DNA from: Haliotis rufescens
Taxonomy: Eukaryota
Direction of reading: 5' to 3'
Assembly: GCF_023055435.1 (NCBI RefSeq)
Contig: NW_025964112.1
Coordinates: 14,322,001 to 14,386,000 of the forward strand
DNA length: 64,000 nucleotides
Part shown: one piece after another, positions 48,534-61,035 of the stretch
How the letters are laid out: the number at the start of each line of letters is the position of its first letter
Numbering within the stretch: the stretch's first letter is position 1
Position numbers and translations under genes: made by a program
Notes under the pieces: model-generated
The model's database searches: none
Told to the model about the DNA's origin: nothing
Seen by the model: the letters and a program-made list of their open reading frames with translations, nothing else

Positions 48534-49058
48534 AAGGGAGAAGTATTGACAGAAGAGATGTAGTTTAACTCGTCATCATGTCAGTTTTCTAAGTAATAAA
48601 CTGTCGTACGAAGGAGTGCCGGGCTAATTTCACCCAGATGTCACCAATCGTATGGCAGTTAGTGTGCGAATGTGTCACGTCTTGCCAGTCTTACCTGTAT
48701 AAGATATAGGTATATGAATACCACGCTGGCAATGACAACACCATACACTAACGCTAGGATATTCTATACTACTCAACATTGGCTGGGGCTACTCTGAGTG
48801 TCCAGGTGGGAGATACATCTGACTGGTTGGTTTGAGATGTCGTACCTGTAGGATGCGATTTGGGCTGCACCTGATACATGTTAAACTTGATTTCATAAAA
48901 ACCAAAAGTAAACATTCTTGTACGTTGTTATCTCCCGACTTTCGAAAGCGTGCGAGCTAGCACAGTTCCCTGCTCAGGACTTGCGTAGTGTTGTTCAGAA
49001 TCAGGACTCAATTTGTTGTTTTGTGAGAGAAGTGACACTTGGATTTAACAACGAGTAA

Positions 49059-49469
49059 AGCCCCCATCTCACATTCACGAATCTGAACACGAATGAACAC
49101 GATTAACGTGTTTCCTTAAATCTTGTTAGAACGTATGAGGGTCGCGCACTCATTCGTGTTCATTCGTGTTAAGTCGTTGGCGGTCGTATGGACGTCGCAG
49201 CTCGGCTTAAATCGTGTTATAAATTTTTGCTTTGCTTAGCAAAACTTTATAACACGATTTAAGCCGAGCTGAAAAGTCGTGTTCAGTCGTATGAAGGTCG
49301 TATGACAGTCGTGTTCAGTCGTATGAAGGTCGTATGAGGGTCGTATGAGGGTCGTGTTTGGTTAAGAAATTTGCATAAACCACAAGGTCGAGCACGAATC
49401 AACTCGATTTTTCAACTTTTCTTAGATCGTGTTCGCAGTTTCTTAAATCGTGTATGTGAGATAGGGGCT
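49059..49469. mobile_element. PIF/Harbinger (Tourist-like) MITE
   Basis: TAA|AGCCCCCATCTCACAT ... ATGTGAGATAGGGGCT|TAA; subterminal TCGT-containing 10-mers and a central palindrome. Confidence 0.85.
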
Positions 49470-49660
49470 TAACTTCTTCCCATTCAGTGTCACAACACAA
49501 ACACCCGCTGGTAACTATGCAATACATATTCCGATATTACGGAAATCCTGTAAAACTTCCCACGCACGCTCACGTGTTTACTTTTCAGGTCTTTCAAAGG
49601 CATTTAGAAGTGATTCACATAAGGAAGAGAATATATGGATGTCAACTTCTTATTATGAAG

Positions 49661-49978
49661 AGACTGCCTTCGTGGTCTAGTGGTAGAGCCCGGAGAGCGG
49701 AAGGTCCGGGGTTCGATCCCCGACCGCGTCATACCAAAAGACGTTAAAAGATGGTACTTGTTGTTATCCTGTCTGGCGCTCGGCATTAAAGGGCTAAAAC
49801 AAGGACTGGTCGGTTCGGAATCAGTAAACTGTGTCTGAGTGGGGTATTCATGTTAAACTGCGGCATGGTATCTCAGTGGGCTAGCACTATAAATCGGCAT
49901 CAGTCAGCGCTAGTACAAGCAGTCACGCTATATAAGTGCAATAATCTTGGACGCGACGTTAAACCCCATTTCACCTCA
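49661..49978 (+). mobile_element. SINE family D
   Basis: Match to family. Confidence 0.85.
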
Positions 49979-50824
49979 ACGTTTCGGAGTATATGCTTAC
50001 TCCTTCATCAGGTGAATGAATGCCATGCGGCAGAGAGCACATTGTTAACATCCATATATTCTCATTCTTATGTTTACCTTTGTTATCATTACTTGACACG
50101 AAGCTTAACATGCGTCAGTTCCATGTCCAAATAACCCCATCAAATGTTTGGTAACATATATCACTACAAACCAGCTACCCGTCTCACCTGATGTTGTGGT
50201 CAACTGTGTGTCTGGCGTGTGGGGTCCGACTGGAAAGTCAGTTGGGAGACGTGACCATGGCGTTTCATCGTGGGCTACGAATGCAGCTCCATTGATCGTA
50301 GTCCACAGCTTGCACTTATCGTGGCCCATTGTGAGCAATTCTTACCTTATAAAACGCGCCACGACAGCTTGAACACTGATTGTATCGACGGGGGTACAGT
50401 TGGTGAGAAGGAATAAAATCTTCAAGACGTTGTGCTAATGCGTTAACTGTGAACTGGTGTAATTCTACGGGGATACATGCACTTGGAGAATTATGGTCGA
50501 CTGATACTGAACTGGTATCCACCTGGTACTATTGCGTAGTTATTGGTCATCTACATTTGGAAAGAGTGAGTTTGGTTTTACGCCGCCTTGAACAGTATTC
50601 CAGTTATCTCCCTTTCATAGGCTTTCGGACATCACACATTTTCGGAAGTATTCGCGCTATAACGGGGAGTGTAGCATCACACAGACATTGTAAATATTTC
50701 GATGCTGGCTTCTTTTTAAAAGAAGGTCGTCTTTTATAAGTGAATGAGATGGGTTTACAGTTGTCCATGTGAATAGAGAGAAAACCCACGAATGTTTCTT
50801 ATGCTTCCGAAAATCAATAACACG

Positions 50825-51155
50825 GGGATATATCACGGCGTGTCAGCGTTATGTGGGAGGAAAGCCCGAAGTGATGCAAGTCTCAGGCATATACCATTTT
50901 GGTGAAACCACGAGCACGGGTATGGTGCTGACAAATCTAGACACATTGTCCAGCATGATCCTAGGTTTCTGGTACGGCCAAGAGACACACATCAAATTGC
51001 GGTGCCTTAGGCAATTGTGTCGTCAACTTAATATCCCAACTTCGTAGATCGATGCTCACGATGTCAATCACTGGATTGTCTTGTTAACACTCGATTATTT
51101 ACAGACCACCGTCATGTAGCTGGAATATTGCTGAGTGCGGCGTTAAACAACAACA
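50825..51155. mobile_element. SINE B fragment (-) abutting a SINE C fragment (+)
   Basis: Matches to both families. Confidence 0.75.
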
Positions 51156-51679
51156 CTGAGGTGGAGCTGTTGCTCACGTCCACTTCAGGGACGTCCTCAC
51201 ACTCCCCCGGCATGGTCTCAGCGACGTTAGATACGAGGCAGTGTATCACGCTGATAGTTATAATATGGAGATGCAGTGGGATTCAGTGCGTATCTGCAAC
51301 AAAGGCAATAATCTGCTGCACCAAATGCAGGACGTTATGCTGGTGAATGTCCAAAGAGTCATCGAAGGTACTGATTATTAATTTAAACATTTTTCCCGTT
51401 TTGCATAAAAACCACATCAACATAAACATGATATGTCAGGGACGGAGTAATGCGCGGTGCAAATCCTTTTAACTCCCATCCCGGGCCGGGGTGTGATTTC
51501 TCAGAGGTATAGCGGTACTGCCACAAATAAACATATGTTAAGGAAATGTATTCACGTTCAAATATGGCTTTTGTGATGAAAACAACGCTTGTAAGATGAT
51601 AGATCGATTATGTAAATGACAATGAAATGACTCTTGAGTACAAACGTGCTTAACCGTGTTTTGTACAGATTAGTTGTTT

Positions 51680-51682
<3 letters not shown>

Positions 51683-51718
<36 letters not shown>

Positions 51719-51753
51719 GCGTGCGTGCGTGCGTGCGTGCGTGCGCGCGTGCG
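51683..51753. repeat. (TG)n(TGCG)n compound microsatellite
   Basis: Visible directly. Confidence 0.95.
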
Positions 51754-51808
51754 CAGACGCTCTATCCACTAGACCACGGAGGCTGTCCACACAGAAATAA
51801 CTTGCCAC

Positions 51809-51964
51809 TGTAGCCTAGTGGTTAAAACGTCCGCTCGTCACGCCATAGACCCGGGTTCGATTCCCGCCATGGCTACAATGTGTAAAGCCCATTTCTGGTG
51901 TTCACCGCCGTGATGTTGCTGGAATATTGCTAAAAGCGGCGTAAAAATCAAACTCACTCACTCA
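51809..51964 (+). mobile_element. SINE family A
   Basis: Match to consensus. Confidence 0.85.
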
Positions 51965-52540
51965 TCCAATCTGAAGGATATGTAATGACTGGAGATATAA
52001 CTGACGTCTCGGTATACTTCACATTCTTGTTCTCACCAACGATGACACCTAAATGAGTTCGAAGAGGTTCGAATCCTGTTTTCAATATGGCCGCCACATC
52101 AGCTATTACTCAGCCAGTTTCGGTCAACATGTAATTAACAATTGGTACATGTTACGCAGTTTTATGCTATTTTTGCAATATTTATATTTTGGATGGTTTT
52201 GTATCTATCTTGTATTGACGCTGAAGGTGGATTCATTGAAGGTTTTATTCAAAATTTAACTAGTTAAGCTTCTCCGAAAATATTCAAAGCAAATAACAAT
52301 GTGTCGAACAAAAACCTCTACAAAGAAAACATACCATTGTCTGTAGCAAGCGTCACCCGTCAGTCTGAACTGGGTCAATGGTCACACAGTCTGGTCAAAG
52401 ATGGTATTTGTTTGCCTTGGGACATATTGACAGGTTAATTGTTAACGCACAGTTGAATGGTCAGTTGTATCGGACAATACATAATGATTGAAATCAAATC
52501 TCCAATGAGTTCTGGGTGACAATACACACTATAAGGCACG

Positions 52541-52926
52541 NNNNNNNNNNNNNNNNNNNNNNNNNNNNNNNNNNNNNNNNNNNNNNNNNNNNNNNNNNNN
52601 NNNNNNNNNNNNNNNNNNNNNNNNNNNNNNNNNNNNNNNNNNNNNNNNNNNNNNNNNNNNNNNNNNNNNNNNNNNNNNNNNNNNNNNNNNNNNNNNNNNN
52701 NNNNNNNNNNNNNNNNNNNNNNNNNNNNNNNNNNNNNNNNNNNNNNNNNNNNNNNNNNNNNNNNNNNNNNNNNNNNNNNNNNNNNNNNNNNNNNNNNNNN
52801 NNNNNNNNNNNNNNNNNNNNNNNNNNNNNNNNNNNNNNNNNNNNNNNNNNNNNNNNNNNNNNNNNNNNNNNNNNNNNNNNNNNNNNNNNNNNNNNNNNNN
52901 NNNNNNNNNNNNNNNNNNNNNNNNNN
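52541..52926. other. Assembly gap (386 N)
   Basis: Run of N. Confidence 1.
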
Positions 52927-53147
52927 GGTGTACATGTAATACAGCGAAAGTACTATGTCTGAAACTGATATAAAGAAGATGATGGACTAACGTGGACTTT
53001 ATTATTTTATTATATATATATTAACTATGTCTTTTAAAAGCAGAGTCCATTGTACCATTTCGACTATATAAGCGTGTGTTTATGAATCACAACAAAAAAG
53101 TGATGACACCAAGTGTTCGCAAAAAGGTGAGCGTCCTCTGCTCCACT

Positions 53148-53464
53148 AGTGAGTGAGTGAGTTTGGTTTTACGCCGCTTTTAGCAATATTCCAGCAATAT
53201 CACGGCGGGGGACACCAGAAATGGGCTTCACACATTGTACCCATGTCGGGAATCGAACCCGGGTCTTCGGCTTGACGAGCGAACGCTTTAACCACTAGGC
53301 TACCCGACCGCCCCCTGCTCCACTAGTGTCACTAGAGTTCGATTCCCGACATGGTACAATGTGTGAAGCCCATTTCTTGTGTCCCCCGCCGTGATATTGC
53401 TGGAATATTGCTAAAAGCGGCGTAAAACCAAACTCACTCACTCACTCACTCACTCACTCACTCA
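53148..53464. mobile_element. Two SINE family A copies, head-to-head inverted
   Basis: Minus copy 53148-53314 (TSD CTGCTCCACTAGTG) and plus copy 53337-53464 (TSD AGTGTCACTAGA). Confidence 0.9.
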
Positions 53465-54019
53465 GTGTCACTAGATACAATCACTTCAAATAACTTCAAC
53501 AAAGAGCGATAGTTGTTTTGGTAAATTTAGCTGAGATACTTTGCCACAGTGGGACTAAGCATTATTGTGACCCTGATAGATTACGTATTAAACAAGCCAT
53601 GACCAATCGGTTCGTAAACACTGGGTGTCATAGAAATATCATAATTCGTGAATGTTGAATTATATATTTGACTTTTCACATTCCATTTAAACCACTCTTA
53701 TATCATCTTCCCGAGGCAAGTGTGTTAACTGACTATAAAAGTCCAGTTTCCACCCTTGCCGAACTAGGCTGGTATTATGGAGTTACAATTTGGCTGGAGT
53801 AACGAGTCTATGCATAGTCCAATCAAAATCGCGCAACGAAAACGAAATCCGGTTCGGAAACAGTCATACAGATTTCGGTCGATTGCAGGATTTGCAAAGC
53901 ATCTGCACCGCCAACTCGTTGTCAACAAATATTTTCCTTACCTTTTCATGTTTTTAATCATGGTGCTCACGTGATTTGATGCATATCGTGATGTAAGACC
54001 CGTTTTATCACAATATATA

Positions 54020-54126
54020 CCCGACATGGGTACAATGAGTGAAGCCCATTTCTGGTGTCCCCCGCTGTGATACTGCTGGAATATTGATAAAAGCGGTGTT
54101 ACAGCCTACTCACTCACTCACTCACT
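54020..54126 (+). mobile_element. SINE family A 3' fragment
   Basis: Match. Confidence 0.8.
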
Positions 54127-54714
54127 ACAATTCATTTCACTATACATGCGTGTAGAACCATGTGTGACGCAAGTACACCTGAACTACTACGTCATTATGC
54201 TTGTACCATGCGGGGTGATGCGGGTTTACTTGGTGCTTGCTTGATTACCTTTAATAAACATCACAGCACTGTTTCGGGTTTACTTTTACAAGGTTAAAAC
54301 TTATAATTGCAATGGACAATCCCAATAACCAATACTGATCAACAAACTACAAACTACAATAATGTTATTTAAAAAACATATGAAGAACTACAGTAGATTC
54401 ATACACAGTAACAGGAAACAAGTTAATTGGTTTTATGATACTTATCAGGTCATCAATTACATTTTAATGTAGAAATGGCTAATGTTACTTAATGTTTTAG
54501 AACGAATATCTCAAAGGAACATGGCGTCAGTGGCTCAAGCTACAAATCCAGTGTTAAATTACAAATACTAATCATTACAATGATACAACTGATCGAGGTT
54601 ACATTCATTACAGACTCTAGCGCGACGAGTCGCAAGGTAATGGAACGGGGCAGCTTTAAGGGCTGTATCAATGAAGAACGTACATAATTGAAAAAGTTCT
54701 ACACTGTTTGTCTG

Positions 54715-54948
54715 AGTGGTTGTCTAACGCCACACTCCCGCCACACTAACGCAATATTCCAGCTATATGACGGCGGTCTGTAAATAATCGAGTCTGGACG
54801 TGACAATCCAGTGATTGATATCATGAGCATCGGTCCACGCAACTGGGATAAGATGACTCACGATCCCGTTCCTCTTACGACAAGCATAGTCGCCTTTCAC
54901 GGCAAGCATAGGTTGCTGAAGACCTATTCTACCCCGGATCTTCACGGG
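54715..54948 (-). mobile_element. SINE family C
   Basis: Match. Confidence 0.85.
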
Positions 54949-55671
54949 TCTTCTACGGTGTTAATCAGTAGAGGCCGTAATAGAGAAGTCAACGGGAGCA
55001 ATAAATCAATCTATTTAAAATGAGACATATTACACCGACTCGATACCTCGTTGCGTGAAGGGCTGAGAACACCTCCATCGAGTTCCTTCACAGGAGGTCG
55101 TATCAGGTGAACTTTCTGTCCAGCCAATCAACGTCGAGGCTTTTGAATTCATGGTACGAGTGAGCGAAGTATTCAGACAGCATATTCGATTTTTTGCGCC
55201 TCGAATTTCTGTTTATTCGAGGAATTCCGAATGCAAAATAACAGAGTGGCGCTACTGTATTTTGTTGTGGGTGTTTTATACATCTTGTCGTTTCTGAGCG
55301 TCATGACATCATGGCGTATTTTTGTTCTGTGGCGGTTTTCTTTGGCTGTTAATCCTATTTTGGAATCGAAGTGGTAAAGTCCACCGAAAGCCTACCCCCG
55401 AAAATCACAAACTCTATATGTAAGCCATTATTAATTTTACTTTAACAACCAAATAAACATGTCCTTCCGCACTGCATACATCACTATGTTAAGTCCCTTT
55501 GTTGGAATAGAACACGCGAGTCAGTGCCTCGTACTTGTCGTTCCGAACGACATATAGGGATCGATGAGTAATCATTGCTCATGCTATCAACCACCAGTCT
55601 GCCTGGCCCGGACACGTTTATTTACAGCCCGCCGTGATGTAGCTGGAATAGGGGGGGGGGCACGGGGGGAT

Positions 55672-56143
55672 GGGGGCACGGGTGGCCCAGTCGTCTAAGG
55701 CGCCGCGATTCGCTGTGCAGAGTTGCGTCCCTTGGGCACGCCAGAAACCTATGATTGTGGGTTCGAATCCCGGTTCGCCCCGATTATGTTTCTAGGTTTG
55801 TCAGCACCATACCCGTGCTCGTGGGGTTCACCGAAGTGGTAAACGTCTGACACCTGCATCACTTCGGGCTTTCCTCCCACATTAAGCTGACACGCCGCGA
55901 TATAACTGGAATACTGTTAAAAGCGGCGTTAAACCCAACTTACTCACTCACCGTAAGAGGCGACTAAAAGGCTCTGGTAGTGGAGGCTCGATGACCTGGT
56001 TGATGGCGTGTCATCGAACGCCGACGGCTTGGATATCAATCACTGGATTGTCTGGTCCAGACTCGATTATTTGCAGGCCGCCGTCATATATACAGATGGA
56101 ATATTGCTGAGTGCGGCGTTAAACAACAAACATACCAAACAAA
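55672..56143 (+). mobile_element. SINE family B (55672-55951) followed by a SINE family C fragment
   Basis: Near-consensus B copy, then C body and tail. Confidence 0.88.
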
Positions 56144-57483
56144 CCTGAAGATGTAATAAGTAACCTGTGTGAACCAAGACATTGTATCAGTCGAATAACT
56201 GAGGTCTTTTAGAGGGACTTGAATCCAAGTCTCAAGAACTTCAAATGTACCAAACCTAGGAACCTTTAAAGACATATCTTCAAACCGATAAAAGGAATTA
56301 TTGACGCATCTACATTAATACTCTCTGTGGTCGATATAATGCTCCTATCCACTATCACTCACCCTTACTACTTCAGATGAGATATGTACACAATGTGCGA
56401 CAATTAGACCAATAGACTTAGAGCTTAATACGAACCATCACATACATTATTCATATTCGTATAATGACAATACTCTAGCACGGTTGATTTAGTGCATGCG
56501 GATTGTATTTCTGCATGAATGAACCAAATATCTGAAAACCACACGGGATCTTTGGCATTTAGTTTCTGTAGACACGTCCGTGATTCAGAGTAGGTGTAGA
56601 TACAATCATCCCGAGTGTGTATCTCTGTATGTCTTGTCGTATGGGACATACATGATACAGGCCCATCATAACGACAATACGCTGCGAGAATACAAAAGCT
56701 GAACTGTATTTGTTCAGTGATTTGATATGAATAATTATTATACAAAGATCGTATTGTGCGTCAGAGGCTCTTAAAGGTGTACAGGGTCGCTTTCAAACGT
56801 TCGATGAATCACATAGCGATTTCTGTTAGAGTTACTGATGTGCATCGTATCGTCATGTCCGCAAGGGAAAGAGCATTGTTAGTGTGAGTAATAATTAAAC
56901 ATTTCACGATAGTCCGCTGTGTTATTATCCCCATGACGTTTGACAGCGGACTGTGTGTACAGACTCCACTACCAACGACACTTCCATTGTTGCGGTTGCA
57001 CACGTGTTTTACTCGCACAAACATTTCGTAGGGAAAAAAACTCCAGGGGTAAGTTTTTTATCATGCTTTTGAGGTTGTCCTTGGGCATGTGATTTGGTAT
57101 AATGACATGTGTTCGATAACACGCTCTGACTACAATGAGCTCTTTAACTGTTTTGTTCACATGCGTGTATACATGCAGGTCATGCTATTTACATAGAAGG
57201 GTTTGCGAACATCAAGGCTTAAGTACAACGAATACGTTTTGAACAGTCTTCGTTGGAGATAGATGGGGATTAATTAACTTTCGTTATTTTTTACAACATT
57301 TAAAAATAATGTCATCGGATGTTCGGCGTTGTCAAAACAGATTGGTTCGTGTGTGGGAATGAGAAGGATATCCATGTGTGTATGTGCATATATCCACACT
57401 ACCTTGCTGGAAGGCTCTCGGTAAGAAACGCGTTGTGTTGTTGGGAAGGTACGTAGAAATAGACAAACGTTGATTGTGCTTAT

Positions 57484-57604
57484 TAGATACAATTGTATGG
57501 ATAACGACTTCTTTAATACTGTAAAAAGCGACGTTATGATGATCTATACCGAAACGTTGCTTTTTACAGTATTAAAGAAGTTGTTATCCATAAAATTGTG
57601 TCTA
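57484..57604. repeat. Inverted repeat with 52-bp arms and a 17-nt loop
   Basis: 57484-57535 pairs with 57553-57604 with 4 mismatches. Confidence 0.9.
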
Positions 57605-58104
57605 CCTTGTCATCCGTCAACTTCTAAATAATGCCTATCAAACAATGTGATTGTGGTTGTTCCGAAATCAGTGTTTATCAAGATAGGCTCAGACTGAGGA
57701 TCTTGAGAGGGTAAATTATTGAAACTATATGACAGAGTCAGTATATTTGGCTACCTACTTCGACAAGTGTTAATCATAGCTATCACAGGTAATTTAGAGT
57801 GTTAGGGTCTGCCTAAATGTATTGGTACAATTTGTCTGATTAGAAACCTGCATTCTAATTATACACAGATATTATTTCATATATATTTCTTCGAAACGGT
57901 GAATGTACATATATGAACAGAAATAGCATTGCAGATATATTACTTAGTTATGGTGAAATGAAATTCTGGAACAATAATAACTGCAGCAAATAATAGAAAT
58001 ACAGGTATGTTCATTGTAGATTTGTGTGTTATTAAAATATTTATTTTCAGGTTATGCTTGATACTTCTGGTGTCTGTATCAAGAGGCCATGACACCAGGC
58101 TAAA

Positions 58105-58632
58105 ATGAATAACATTCAACCTGAACCGTACCTCGGACATGGTGCTAGACAACATCCTCGACGAGGAAGGGATCCGTTCTTTGTCGGCGACGTCCCTGAC
58201 TACAGGGTGTTACAGCATCAGCATCAGCATCCCCAAACGACAGGGATACGTGTCAAATACAAGTCCTCAATCTTTAGTGGCTATAAAGAATGTGTGCTGA
58301 AACCATTAAAGAGACAGGTTCTACACCAACGGGCCCAACAACGCGACATTGCTGAAAATAACAAACTGTTAAACGGGGAGCTGCAAGGAGATGGTTTAAG
58401 TCCTACCTCATTTATAGGGACTGCGGAAAAGGTGAATACTCATATGCATAATCAAAATTTGAAAACAAATCAAAATAAGTCTCGCCATTTAGCAGTGTAT
58501 GAAGACAATGAAATCGGCGATGAGGAGGAGGATTTCTTTGACAGCACATCAAATTATCAAAGAAGTAGCAACGCCAGACGACGCTCCATTGCAAGGAAAA
58601 GACGAAGGAAGAGCAGTGCGTTTCAACTGTAA
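58105..58632 (+). CDS. Uncharacterised 175-aa protein (single coding exon, acidic patch then basic C-terminus)
   Basis: Strong acceptor TTATTTTCAG at 58050, AAAATG context and coding-like hydrophilic composition. No family recognised. Confidence 0.55.
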   Translation: MNNIQPEPYLGHGARQHPRRGRDPFFVGDVPDYRVLQHQHQHPQTTGIRVKYKSSIFSGYKECVLKPLKRQVLHQRAQQRDIAENNKLLNGELQGDGLSPTSFIGTAEKVNTHMHNQNLKTNQNKSRHLAVYEDNEIGDEEEDFFDSTSNYQRSSNARRRSIARKRRRKSSAFQL

Positions 58633-59244
58633 GTTTATAAAACTTTAGTATAAACATGTCACGGAATACTTTAAGGCAGAATTTAGATTTTTAAGAGTTT
58701 ACTTCTGTAAATGGGTTGCATTTACGACCAAAACATTACAAGGCAAGAAGACATGTGCATGGCATTAAATAAGCAGTTCGATAAATTTATTCATTTGCAA
58801 AATCCCCAGATAATATCAAGTGTCATGTGACAGGATTGAGCACGGGTAATAATTAACTCACAGCCAAGATAAACCAAAATGTTTGTTTTCATAAATGGCT
58901 ACATATGTCATCCACCATCGCACATTTCCGTGCGTATTCGTGTAATTTGCATTAAATTTATGACAACGCACACATGCATTGAACTCTGCATAAATTGTAC
59001 AAACTTTATCATTTTATCAAAACTTCGTCTGTCTTAAATGCTTGTAACCAGCTACCTCTTCAATCACTATACGCTTGAAGGTTTCTAGACATACATGTAT
59101 GCAACAAGGGATGCTTGTCATTGTGATGAAATGTCATTACACTAAGAACCACATTACCGCATTTGGCAAAACTCCACTGAGGTGGTGAAAGGAAGTCTTA
59201 CGCACGCATTGGGAGAAGTGTTTCATAACATATGCTTATTCCAA

Positions 59245-59407
59245 GTGACTGAGTATGGTTTTACGCCGCTTTTAGCAATATTCCAGCAATATCACGGCGG
59301 GGGACACCAGAAATGGGCTTCACACATTGTACCCATGTTGGGAATCGAACCGAGAGTCTTCGGCGAGCCGAGCGAACACTTTAACCAATAGGCTACCCGA
59401 CCGCCCC
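59245..59407 (-). mobile_element. SINE family A
   Basis: Match. Confidence 0.9.
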
Positions 59408-60713
59408 ACTTTTTCCAAGAGGCAGTAACAATTGAAAACACATAAGTCCTTTTAGAATGTTGTAAACGAGTACGGTTTTACGGTATAGATGATTTTCACA
59501 CTTCGTCGGATAATTATAATCGAGCCTGGTTATTTTCTGGCGTTGACGATTTACATTTACACAGAAAGTCATTCATATGATTCGTTCACACCAATGCTAT
59601 TTTCTTTCTTTTCAATCTTCTCAAAAACATTTGTACGATGAAGAAAAGGAAACACAATCGACATTGAAATTCAATCAAGGAATGTGTTTACAATTAAATA
59701 TTCATAATTGTCACAAGTTCTGGATGTGCGAACTGCGTCTCCCTCAACTGTTGATGGCAGTTCTTGCATTTACAAATCTAATTTATGTCAGTGTTTATTC
59801 ATGGTTGAAGCTTAACTGCAATTATTTAGAGGTTAATGCTGTTCCTTCACGCACTTGTCTGAAAAAGGTAATGAAATGTATTGTAATTCCATACACGGCT
59901 TACCAACATCTCACAATATTAAAAGGATTAGTACCTCTTTCTTATGATACAATACGGCGTCAAAGGACACCGGTGTGTCTGCGTAGAGTAGTTTTACTGG
60001 CCGGTGTTGTTCAATGTTGTTCATGGATCGTTGAGATAATTCATACGCATTGTTCGAAAAAAATAGCTTCATCGATTGTGAAAGGGCTTCATTTTTCAAT
60101 ACTCTCATCTGATGAAGGACGGATGCACACAGACAACGCCAAATTAAACCGAAATCGCTCTCTTGCTAGTTGAGTCCAGCCGTGCTCATGTACATAGTGC
60201 TAAGCTGCAGATTGATTGTGTGATGGTTCGATCTATGGAACAATATGATATTAATGGTTGTTTGTTTCCCATTGATCTGCCAGTCATACAGTTGTCATCG
60301 AAAACGGTTTCTGGTAGACTGATTTGGTAATTGTGATGTTTAGTGTCTATACCTTTATTTTGAGCTGCATGCTGATGTCTGATAGAATAATTTAGATGTT
60401 GAAGTAATTGTGGGGTTTATTTTATTTGCTTCCCTACTCAGCTGCATGTTATTTTGAGTTTGTGTTCGTAATTAAATGCATTGATCTCATCTATCAAGTT
60501 GGAGCTCCTCACGTCAGGATCTCGCAGCTCCCCTGTAGATTCTCCCAGTAGGACAGAATTATCTCAGTAACTGGCACCTTCCTGAAGGAGTAAAAGACAT
60601 CGTTTTGATTATTGTTTTCGCGAACGCCTGATGTCATCACTGATTTTCAGTGATCTATTCATATAAGATTGCCTTTTACGTCCAGTGGTATCTGTTTCCT
60701 CGGATTATCAAGA

Positions 60714-61035
60714 GACCGCCTCCGTGGTCTAGTGGTAGAGCGTCCGCCCGGAGAGCGAAAGGTCCGGGGTTCGATCCCCGACCGCGTCATACCAAAAGAC
60801 GTTAAAAGATGGTACTTGTTGTTACCCTGCCTGGCGCTCGGTATTAAGGGGCTAAAACAAGGACTGGTCGGCTCGGAGTCAGTATACTATGTCTGAGTTG
60901 GGTTTTCATGTTAAACTGCGGCATGGTCTCTCAGTGAGCTAGCACTATAAATCGGCATCAGTCCGGATTAGTACAAGCAGCCACACACACACACGATAAT
61001 CTAGGACGCGACGTTAAACCCCATTTCACCTCACA
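60714..61035 (+). mobile_element. SINE family D
   Basis: TSD CGGATTATC(A/C)AGA. Confidence 0.88.

Noticed and set aside
52435-52962. ORFs spanning X runs
   Set aside because: Artefacts of the N gap.
59577-60173. 198-aa ORF
   Set aside because: No recognisable motif, non-coding-like composition and no convincing splice context.
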